Assembly: GCA_030141605.1 (NCBI GenBank)
Contig: JAQGDQ010000729.1
Location: forward strand, 42,588-106,587
Source: Tubiluchus corallicola
Lineage: Eukaryota; Animalia; Priapulida
Length of the DNA stretch: 64,000 bases
Direction: 5' to 3'
Below the pieces are notes generated by a model. It was not told where the DNA came from, did not search any database, and saw only the letters and a list, made by a program, of their open reading frames with translations. Both the position numbers and the translations under genes were made by a program. This document shows positions 50,590 through 64,000 of this stretch, one piece after another (within the stretch, counting starts at the first letter, position 1; every line of letters starts with the position of its first letter).

Positions 50590-51010
50590 CACTACATTTA
50601 AAATATCGACATCATTGGTAGCAATTAGGAAAATCAGTTTATCTTCATTAGGCATATCTAGAAAATCAGGACATAAAGAACTAATTTGTGCAAACGTATG
50701 CATATATGTTCATATTCAAGGCAGGCAGGCATCATTTGTAACTCATCTTCCACTTCATTATTATTAAATTGTTTACAAACGTTTTCATTATCGGTAACTT
50801 GTCAGGTTTATGATGCTTGCCTCTTTCAATGGCAGACTATGGGCAGTTATTCGTAGTTTACAAAAACTTGTTTTAGTTTCGGAGGTCAAAGTTTTGCTGA
50901 GCAAATATTTTTTCAAAACGTAACATTTTGCAATTGGCTCTCAGTAAATTTTCCTTCCGGATTTTCGACTTTAGCTATTCCGTTGATATCATCTCTCCAT
51001 TTGACCTAAT
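50590..51010 (-). mobile_element. Decayed LINE ORF2 C-terminal fragment
   Basis: Minus: RITAHSLP/IERGKH..NNNEVEDELQ, same motif class as 10380-10940. Confidence 0.6.
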
Positions 51011-51034
51011 ATGTACTTTCAAGGTTCAATTCAA

Positions 51035-51644
51035 AGGACAAGAAAGGGGTTACTTGAATTAGTTTTCAGAAAAATCGCATTGAAAAATTATATTACTTTA
51101 TAGCAATTTTATGAAAATATCGTACTCGCGTTAAAAGGACGTTTTGTTTGTTTTCATTTTAAATCTTCCGCAATACTGTTCGAAGTTGCCATTACATGAC
51201 GTCACCTACGCACAGCGTAAATCAGGGGAAGAAAAGGAAATATTAAATTATGGTCCAAAAAACTTTCCATGCAAATCTATATTACTTAGCTTTTCGCTTA
51301 CCTGCTGGAAAGACTTATGTAGAAATAATAATTTAAAATGTTCGTGCCAATTGGTAAAATGTCGCTGACTCACCCTCCAGGGTGCACCACTCACTAACCA
51401 AAAAACATATTTTTAATCTTATTGACAAGCTACAGAAATTAAAATTTTATTTACTTAGTAACGTGTGCGATATGAATTCTCTGGATATTTTTTTCAAACT
51501 TTGCACAATGTTATCTAAACTTGTTTCAAATGCCCTGTCGTCAAAATGGCTGCCTCCGGTATGTAAAAAAAGCAGTATGTGAGCGATATAAAATTCCAAG
51601 ACGAATATTTTAAGCTTCATGTTTATGAGGGTTTTTCTTGTGCT
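51035..51644. mobile_element. Kolobok/T2-like MITE family X
   Basis: TCAA-AGGACAAGAAA ... TTTCTTGTGCT-TTAA; colinear with 57424-58070. Confidence 0.8.
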
Positions 51645-52469
51645 TTAAGGTTTTGCAATGCATTTATTGATTATACTAGCGCAGCATTGCTAATAAATTT
51701 CCTGCATTGCCATCCGACATTTTGCCTTTTTTCAATTAATTTCAAATCTGGAAGCTTCCTCTGTTTGTTTCATGTTATTTTAAGCTCCTGTTAAAGAAAC
51801 GCGGCTCGTTCTGATGCCTTCAAAGCGCCTCCTGCTTGTTTTCAAAACAAGTGCACGCTTCTCTAAACAAGAGAACAGCTTTTTAGATTTAGATGACGAT
51901 ATACCGACTGACTCTTAAATATTTAAAGTAAGCTGCTGTCTGTGTTTGAGATTAGAGGGTGATATCTGTGGGAGAAGTGTTTGCACTTACTGTTGCTACA
52001 GGCTTCTCTTCTGTGGTTGCGTGCACAACATGTACAGTGTTCATTTATAGGACTTTAAATTGCTTTAGCAGCACGATATCTTAAAGCAAAACATATAACA
52101 CTGTTTGCACGATAAAATGAAATATCCATGGTTGCTTAGAATTTCAGCGTTATCCGACAAATTAGATGTCAGAGTGGTGCCAAGGTGCAGAATATAAGAT
52201 CAGTTTTTCTTAAGCATTTCAAATGCTTGGCGCATTATTTACCCTGCCCTTATAAGACAAGATTTAGTGTCTCTGCGCCATATTAATCCATCCCCGGAGG
52301 TCTTGTGCTCGTGCATATAAGACGGAATGAAAATCCGATTTCCGTTTGGTCGAGTCGCTCTTATTATCAAGGTCACGAAATGCTTGACATCGAGCGTAAT
52401 TCTATTAGTTTCTTTTTCTTTAGAGAGCGCAAGGCGCAGCGAGATTTGGAGGCTAACAGACTGACAAAG

Positions 52470-52614
52470 GGGGAGAGAGAGAAAGAAAAATAGATGGGTG
52501 GATGGGAGGATGGATGAATAAACAGGTGGAGCAAGGGATGGAAGGAGGGACGGAGGGAGGGAGAAAAAGAGAGAGAAAGAGAGAGAGAGAAAGAGAGAGA
52601 GGAGAGAGAGAGAG

Positions 52615-52648
<34 letters not shown>

Positions 52649-52705
52649 GAGAGAGAGGAGAGAGTGAGAGAGAGAGATCAAAGTAGGAAGAGAGGAGTGA
52701 GAAAG
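52470..52705. repeat. GA-rich low-complexity tract
   Basis: Degenerate (GA)n/(GGA)n. Confidence 0.95.
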
Positions 52706-53908
52706 TTTAATGGGAGAGCGAGAATGATGCACAGCTAAAAATGATTTGTAAGTAACAGCGTGAGTGAACAGACTGGCCGACTGATTTACTAACTGACTGT
52801 CTAGCTTTATCCGTATACCTGGCTGAATGACTGCCCTGGTGGGGACGTAAAAAGTAAATAATGAGAGCAGAGATGTTGTACCCTCTATGAGTGAACGACT
52901 TTTTTCTTATCACTTCACCTGTACGTATTCTTAGACTAAAGTCACTAAGAATCTTAGTATTGCGGTTCACCTACAAACACGATACTTGTATCGCTTCACA
53001 GTAAAATTTATAATAGAAAGTAGTTCCATTTACTGCAATCAGGAATGCTCACTTGCCGTATACGGGGCGCATTAACCAATAGGCTAACTAGGCTATAGCC
53101 TAGGACGCCAAAGTTTGAGGGGCGTCACAAATGTGTATACTTTCATATTCATGTAAAGGGTGCATTTTATAACACGCCACAGGCAGTTACTGAGATCAGG
53201 TTTTATATAAAACATAAAGAACAGGTGCAAAGGCACAGCAAACAGCTGAGCAGCCTGCTTGAATATATGCGCTATGCAAATACATGTAATTAATAATAAC
53301 CACGTAGAAACTGGGTTAATAGTGCTTCTAACACACCACAAGTAATTGTTTAACATGCTGATTACATAAAAAACATAAATTTACAATAGAGATGGGCGGG
53401 GACAGAATTGTGAGCCTAGGGTGTCGTAAACTAATGATATGCCCCTGCCTGTGTCGGGAATATTCTGACCATTCTGCAACGAATTTCGCCTGGATTACAG
53501 GATAGATATAGCGTCCTTACATTAAATACTTCTCACATCTCTCTCAGCATGTGGGTTCTTAAATCCCTGGACTATATACCGGATCAAGACAAATTATTGC
53601 TTCATCAAATCTCATGTAAATATTGAACCAAGGCGGTAGGCGAATGTGTTAATAATAAAACGAACAATTTACAATTGCATGCTTCACACGTGCGTCTCAG
53701 TCAAACAAATGCTCTTGATACGGTAAATTGGTGTTCCCAAAACCGTTCGGTGACGTCACGACTACGAAGCTCAAAATTGAATTTGACTTCACGGCGGACG
53801 TGTTGAAATTCCTGGAGGTTTAGTGAGAGAAATTGTCCGAAAATTTGGGAAAAATTCCCCCAAGTGTTTACGAATTAGCACCTTATTTGGTTTGAATTTA
53901 AGAACCGA

Positions 53909-55858
<1,950 letters not shown>

Positions 55859-57423
55859 TAAGAATTGAAGATACCACGGTTTAGACATTTAAAGGGAAGA
55901 AATTTTATAGTATGTCCAAAAACTTTTCTCACAAAGTTATATTACTTAGCATTACCCTTACCTGTTTCAAGGACTTCAGTAACAAGAAATAAAATTCTTA
56001 GTAATTAAAAATGTTCAAATCAGCTGGCAGAACGTCACTGTTTCACGATCCCAGCGTGCACCATTGACTCACCAAAAACATGATATTAATCTTAGTCACA
56101 GCGTAAAGTAATTTAATTTTACTTAGTGAAGAGTAGTGCGTCTAATGTGGACGCCTCGTGGATAAGTTTTGAAGATTATATAACGTTGCTGCTACAGCAA
56201 GCTCTGTGTGCAATACGACAGCATGCAAGTGTTATAAAATTTCAAGGCGAATTTTTTACCTTTGTATAAGTAAAGGTCTTCTTGTGCTTTAGCGCTCATT
56301 ATATCTAAACACTTGTTAATTGGCTTTACAGGCAAGAAAATGTACATTTTGGATAGTAAATTAACATGAGATTGAGTCTAAACTAAACAATCGCCCGGTT
56401 TTCCTTTAAAGGAAGATGTAGTTTGGAGGTTCGGTTTAAAATACCCAAGGAGACATAAAATTGATAACAGTGTGTTTTATTAATAACAACAACGTTAACT
56501 AAGATCTATAATTGAAGAAGCCAATGGCGTGGAATTTTCTTTGAACGTTCCGAGACAAAGGATCCCAAGGAAGCCAGTAAATTGAGTGAAACTAAATTTC
56601 CACTGACAATTCTGCTAAACGCAATAATAGCAAAACTTCCAGTTGTGTTATTCTGAAAACAGTAGCATTTTCTTGCCTATAAAGGTTAGTAACGGGTTTC
56701 TAATATTAGAAAATTACCTTGGAAAGTTAATTAACGGCACGCGAACACAGCTATCGCTTATATTCCAAATTAACCACAGTTTGTGCAATGGTGGGCATCT
56801 TACCTGCGCGTCGAGCACGTTTGCGTAAACAAAGATTGCTATAACGTGTTGATGTGATGTCACGCAATGAGATCTACATCACACTGACGTCACAGACGAT
56901 CACTGCAGTTCATGATCATGATTAAATTATTAAAAATTTTCTTTTCTAGTTACTGAAGTCTTTGAAACAGGTAAGGGTAATACTAAGTAATATAACTTTG
57001 TGAGAAACGTTTTTTGGACATGCTGTAAAATTGAGATTTTCTTGTCTTTAAATGCCTAAACCATGGTGTCTTCAGTTCTTGAATTCAAACTAAATAAGTT
57101 GTTAATTCGTAAAATATTTGGCGCCATTTCCCCAAATTTTCGGACAATTTCTCTCACTAAACCTCATGGAATTTCAGCACGTTCGCTGTGAAGTCAAATT
57201 CAGATTTGATCTTCATTGCTTAGTTGTTTCTGTTTAGTGAGTAACCACATACGCAACTCAATAAAGAGGTCTATTTCGCTGTGATGCTGATATCGTTCGT
57301 GTAATAAGTTTTTAACCATCTTTGTAGTGTATTGCCACAGTAGAGTTACTTCGTGTTCTGACTTTTTACGCAAAACTGCCGTTCCACGGCAACGGTAAAT
57401 TGTATTATAATTGATAGAGTTAA

Positions 57424-58070
57424 AGGACAAAAAAGGGGCAGCTGAAGTAGGTTTCAGAAAATTCGCCTTAAGAAATTATATTACATGCGATTTTATGCGC
57501 ATATCTTACTCGCGTTGGAAGGAATTTTTGTTTGTTTTCATTTTAAATCTCCCGTAAAACTGTTCTGACTGCGCCATTACATGACGTCATATACGTAAAC
57601 GTAAATCAGGTGAAGAAAAGATAATGTTAAATCATGTGCTAAAAAAACTTTAGAGCAAGGTTATATGACTTAGCATTTTGCTTACCTGCTGGAAAGACTT
57701 ATGTAACTAGAAATAATTTAAAATGTTCGTGCCAATTGGTAAAATGTCGCTAACTCACCCTCCAGGATGCACCACTCACTAACCAAAAAACTTATTTTTA
57801 ATTTTATTGACAAGATACAGTATTTTAAAATTTTATTTACTTAGTAACATGTGCACTACGAATGCTCTGATTATGTTATCTAAACTTGTTTAAAATAACT
57901 TATCGTCAAAATTGCTGCGTCTAATGGTCACCGCGGGAGTCTAAATTTACATGTTTTATGCACCGTTACTGCCGACGCAAGCCCGGCATGCAAAAAGGCA
58001 GTATGTAAGTGGCATGAAATTTCAAGACGAATTTTTTAAACTTTATGTCAGTGGAGGGTTTTCTTGCCCT
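57424..58070. mobile_element. Kolobok/T2-like MITE family X (TTAA target, AGG[A/G]CAAGAAA ends)
   Basis: TTAA-AGGACAAAAAA ... TTTTCTTGCCCT-TTAA; related copies at 51035-51644, 55893-56288, about 34285-34740 and 38100-39030, and inverted at 45070-45320 and 56935-57047. Confidence 0.8.
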
Positions 58071-58263
58071 TTAAACAAATTGCGGAAATGCCTTATACGA
58101 AACGCAGCACGCCAGCTATTCATGCTTACAAATGAAATTCTATTTATGTGTACGTATCCCAATGCTTCGCATTCCGGACTACTTTGGTAGTAAGTTTATT
58201 AGACTGAGCTAAAAGTTAGTTGCAGCTATAGCTTTGTCTCTGTCGCAGCAACACCTGCAGTTC

Positions 58264-58784
58264 CAATGGCGGCATGTAGTTAAAACTACTGGGGCTGCTG
58301 CTTCAGAAAATTTTTAGCCATTGTTTTAATACTGTGTAAAGCGAAACAAATTATGTAATTTTAATGTTGTAATTGTAAGTTTACAACATACGAAAGTTTA
58401 TATATAAACTTGATAAAATTATAAACGAAAAAAATATTTTTGCTTACTAGCAGCCTAAATTGTCCCAGCTCTAACCTGATCCATTCGCGATAAGCATGTA
58501 ACAACTGACAACAAACTGTGCGAGCGTCAGTACTTTCTCTACCTGGGCTCAGACATGTGTGCACAGGGCTTATCTCAGACATGTGCGCATGGCCGCATGC
58601 GCACAACAGCCAAACACCACATTGCTGGAGCTGTGAAGCAAACAGTACCACCATCACGTGTTCTGGCTCCGTACAAGTATAAAGCAAGTACTAAAGAAAA
58701 AAGACATATTGAATATTATCGATAATAATGAGTGAATATAGGGGGTGCTGCAGTTCCACATTACCTATACATAAGCGGCCACTG
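58264..58784. mobile_element. hAT-like MITE family Z
   Basis: Homologous to 31843-32362; TSD TGCAGTTC/TGCACTTC (7/8). Confidence 0.88.
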
Positions 58785-60049
58785 TGCACTTCTCAAATAC
58801 TAAAGGAAAAGTAAACCATCTGATGTCCAATTAATTTCAAAACTTCGTGTATAGGGTTCGTGTTCATGGTTTTTCGTATTCAATTCTAAGGTCTAGAACA
58901 GAGTTTAAAAATTCTAGAGTAAAAATGAAAAAGAATGGAGAAAGAGAAGATGAAAAAGAAGTCGAAGAAGAAGAAGATGATGATGATGATGACAACGACT
59001 ACTACGAGTAGTTCTAGTGAAGGAATTTTACGTTATACATTATTATAACACATTAGGCCTCTTAGTTATGAAATCTGATAAGCTATTTAATGGGTAGAAG
59101 AAGAAACAGAAATTCATTTCTTACATAGATATACATCAATTTTGCATATAACACCATATCTCCATGACGGTCCACGCATAATTAGTACATTAGATAGACA
59201 ATTTTAGATAAGTAAACAGGTGCTGTACCTCTTAGTTAAAATGTGTTAGTTTGTAACGAACTGCGCACGTTCGACAGCTCATGCGTGAGTACAGTGGTAA
59301 ATCTGAAATTTGAATTTTTATCTTAAAACTTGACTAGTTTTAGTATAACACACCGAACATCTTATAGTAGTACTGCACTTTAATTTTCGCTTTTGCAAAC
59401 ACGTGCAACACTCTCGTGGAATATTTTTGCTGTTGAAAATTATGTTAGTTTGTGATGTCATCAATAGTTGGGCTTGCCCGCCGTTATTTAAGTTTTTAAT
59501 CTATTATTTAAATATCAGAAACACTTTTGCAGTATTAATTGCGTCAAAATGTATGTTTATTATCGGATTTGAAAATGGGGTAGTATATGAAAAATAATCG
59601 TGTCTTCGTTTAACCGTAGTACTTAAACTAATTCATTGTTTGGGAGACATTTTGAACGTTTTAGGGTTTTTGCAACACGAGCGTCCTCTAGTACGTCCAT
59701 TTTAAACTGCCCTGCCACTTAGGGAAATCCTGCTGTCATGTTCAGTATGCAAACTTGTCAGTCCCTGTCAGCGTGGCGAACAAGCCCCTGATTCAGAAGA
59801 TGAATTAATTGCTACGTGTTATTGAAACCAGATGCTTGCTTTCCCATGTAACTCAGCAGCTCAGCACTGCTGCCATTTCTGTTGTAAAATGCCTATGGAA
59901 TAAAACCTGGCGGTAGGCAGTGAAAATACTACGGAAGTGATTAAACTTGCAAAAAACGAGGGGCGGATTAAACGTTAGGCCCCTGAATTTAGATAGGCCC
60001 TCGGTGTCCTGAAACCCGATGACCAATTTAAATCGAGATAACGTTATTT

Positions 60050-60790
<741 letters not shown>

Positions 60791-61702
60791 ATCTAAAACT
60801 GAACTTGCTAAAGACAAGTATATTAAATCCAGCAATGCAACGCATTGAATATATACTCGGGCGTCTAAAAAGTGTTACCAAAATTATCTTGTAATCCTTT
60901 ACCCTGTTAGAGGCATTTGTAAAAGAGACCCACATTGTTTTGTTGCTCGGTTTCAGGGTAAATTAAACTGAGTCTAAATAATCGCCCGGTTTTCTTTAAT
61001 TATGTTACCGTGTACAGGCTTAGGGCCTGTATGAGTCAAAGCAAGTTTTACAAGTGACGCACTTTCTCGACGCCTGTTCACTTGTTCAGCACTCACACGT
61101 TTTTGTTGCCTTTCCAGTTTTTCTACCAGCCCTAAACGCCCTCATGTTTGTTTTGAAGACGAATCCAAACCATGTGTCACGCAGCTATTAATATTAATCC
61201 GCAGGCCACTAGGTGGTATTTAAGGCTTATTCTGGGAGAGCTTTAGAATGTGGTAACACTAGACGCGGGATTCTTCTCCGTATTCCTGACCTAGCCAGAA
61301 TAGTTTTTGTTTCACTCTGTATACTTCGAATGATTTTAAAATCGAAGAAAAAGTTTTTTGTCTCAAAGGCTGATTAGATTTTTGTTTTTTGTAAATACTT
61401 TTGAACATTTAATCTTTTAGATCTTTACAAAAAAGGGGAAAAACAATTATTGGGCGACTGAAAACCCAGGTGTTTTAAAGTTCAAATCCACATTTCGCGA
61501 GATGGAAATATATGATTAGAATAAAGTTTGTTTGTACCGAAATTCTGAGCAGAAATGCCGTTTACAGAAAACAATAACGATAAATTTAAAATATGCGCAT
61601 AGTTATTTTTACACTACACGAACATTTCACAAGTGATAGTTACAATGAATATATGAAAAAGAACGATTATATGATAATGGCGATGCGAATAAATACAGCA
61701 GC

Positions 61703-63012
61703 ATGCTACGTTTTGTGCAGAGAAAAAATACAGCTAAATGCTACGTTTTGTGCAGAGAAAAAATACAGCTAAATGCTACGTTTTAAACAGAGAAAAATAC
61801 AGGTAAATGCTACGTTTTAAGCAGAGAAAAAATAGAGCAAAATGCTACGTTTTATGCAAAAAAATACAGCTAAATGCTACGTTTTAAACAGAGAAAAATA
61901 CAGGTAAATGCTACGTTTTAGGCAGAGAAAAAATAAAGCTAAATGCTACGTTTTAAGGCAAAGAAAAATAGAGCTAAATGCTACGTTTTAAACAGAGACA
62001 AAATACAGCTAAATGCTACGTTTTAAGCAGAGGAAAAATACAGCTAAATGCTACGTTTTAGGCAGAGACAAAATACAGCTAAATGCTACGTTTTAAACAG
62101 AGACAAAATACAGCTAAATGCTACGTTTTAAGCAGTGGAAAAATAGAGCTAAATGCTACGTTTTAAGCAGAGACAAAATACAGCTAAATGCTACGTTTTA
62201 AGCAGAGAAAAAATACAGCTAAATGCTACGTTTTAAGCAGAGAAAAAATAGAGCTAAATGCTACGTTTTAAGCAGAGAAAAAATACAGCTAAATGCTACG
62301 TTTTCAGCAGAGAAAAATAGAGCTAAATGCTACGTTTTAAACAGAGAAAAAATAGAGCTAAATGCTACGTTTTAAGCAAAAAAATACAGCTAAATGCTAC
62401 GCTTTGGAGAAAAATAGAGCTAAATGCTACGTTTCAGAGAAAAAATAGAGCTAAATGCTACGTTTTAAGCAGAGAAAAAATAGAGCTAAATGCTACGTTT
62501 TAAGCAAAAAAATAGAGCTAAATGCTACGTTTTAAGCAGAGAAAAATAGAGCTAAATGCTACGTTTTAGGCAGAGAAAAAATAGAGCTAAATGCTACGTT
62601 TTAGGCAGAGAAAAAATAGAGCTAAATGCTACGTTTTAAGCAGAGAAAAAATACAGCTAAATGCTACGTTTTAAGCAGAGAAAAAATAGAGCTAAATGCT
62701 ACGTTTTAAGCAGAGAAAAAATAGAGCTAAATGCTACGTTTTAGGCAGAGAAAAAATAGAGCTAAATGCTACGTTTTAAGCAGAGAAAAAAAGAGCTAAA
62801 TGCTACGTTTTAGGCAGAGAAAAAATAGAGCTAAATGCTACGTTTTAAGCAGAGAAAAAATAGAGCTAAATGCTACGTTTTAAGCAGAGAAAAAATAGAG
62901 CTAAATGCTACGTTTTAAGCAGAGAAAAAATAGAGCTAAATGCTACGTTTTAAGCAGAGAAAAATAGAGCTAAATGCTACATTTTATGCAGAGAAAAATA
63001 GAGATAACTGCT
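61703..63012. repeat. 35-bp minisatellite, about 37 copies
   Basis: Unit GCTAAATGCTACGTTTTAAGCAGAGAAAAAATA(C/G)A. Confidence 0.97.
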
Positions 63013-63875
63013 ATGCATGAGCCATTTGCTAAATTAAGTTAACGACTACATCAAAATGAGGGTCAGTGAAAAAATTTATATAAACACTATAAAATACAAA
63101 TTTAATGACTACATACCGAGAATTGGCTACAGATTATCCTCAATAAGGAGGAGGTGGAGTGACATGACCTGATGGTAAGTCACCCCAAGCTAGCTAGAAA
63201 ATTTTTTCCAAGATTACAACGCAATATACCTTGTGAGAAGGAAGCCTATATGCAAGTGATTGCTCAGCAAATTGGGAATGAATCCAAAATAATTTACATA
63301 AGGTTAAATGTATACTATGAAACAGGTTTGCAAGGGCAGATCCATGCAACCATGAATAAACGCCCTACTGGCGTTGTTCTCGGCAGTTTCTGTGTTTCCC
63401 ATGCCTTTAAGTTAACCATTGACACGTCTTACTTAAATATTTTTTATCGACGTACCGTTTGGATTTTAAAATTGAAACAACAATGGAGAACGGAAACTTT
63501 CTATGAAAATATAAGACCATTTTTACTTTGCCAGTTAAGAATAGGTGTCAGAAAATTAGTAAAATATTCGTGTCATTGGCAACACAATATTAAAAGGTTT
63601 TATTACAAAAGCATGAACATGACTTTATTATTGAACACCAATATAGTTCATTTACCATACAAGTTTATCCTCGTGCTGTGTAGACAGACCAGCACAGGTC
63701 TTTAGTTAAGAGACAGAGCGTTGTAATTGCGTATGACGATAAATGCGAACTTGGATAAATTCGTAGGAAAGCGTCCCTGTTAATTAGCAGACAATGTGGG
63801 GCCCTTTTGGCTGGCTTCTCCATGGGGCATTTGCATTGTATCTTTAACCCGTGTCAGTGACTTCTCAATGCCCAG

Positions 63876-63897
63876 TCTCTCTCTCTCTCTTTCTCTT

Positions 63898-63957
<60 letters not shown>

Positions 63958-63969
63958 ATCTCTCCCTCT

Positions 63970-64000
<31 letters not shown>
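63876..64000. repeat. (CT)n microsatellite running off the window
   Basis: Pyrimidine tract. Confidence 0.97.

Noticed and set aside
63172-63705. 177-aa ORF at the window end
   Set aside because: No recognisable motif; begins ATG|GTAAGT (donor-like) and reads like intronic or TE sequence.

Overview
AT-rich, repeat-dense eukaryotic (invertebrate animal) genomic DNA; the ORF track misses most of the real genes because they are spliced. Manual exon reconstruction gives: (1) the first four coding exons of COG8 on the minus strand (ATG at 13512, gene runs off the left edge); (2) a complete 5-exon TRAPPC4 (Trs23/synbindin, 217 aa) on the plus strand (13791-20827), head-to-head with COG8 with only 278 bp between the start codons, so two Golgi tethering-complex subunits probably share one bidirectional promoter; (3) a probable first coding exon of a copine (CPNE5/8/9-like) gene at 30715-30788, with no second exon found in the remaining 33 kb. 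COG8 intron 3 holds a young full-length Ty3/Gypsy (Mag-like) LTR retrotransposon (1841-6568; 212-bp LTRs with 1 mismatch, CAATT TSD, intact 1359-aa ORF) nested in a pogo-like MITE that itself sits in another TIR element. The rest is MITEs (hAT-, pogo-, Kolobok/T2-like), tRNA-derived SINEs, LINE 3' fragments (one nested pair with duplicated targets), a probable Helitron, a decayed Harbinger, a candidate solo LTR, about ten minisatellite arrays (several born inside TEs) and long microsatellites. No prokaryotic systems or CRISPR arrays. All assignments are by eye and from recalled family motifs; no database searches were run, and I cannot claim a definitively new biological system.
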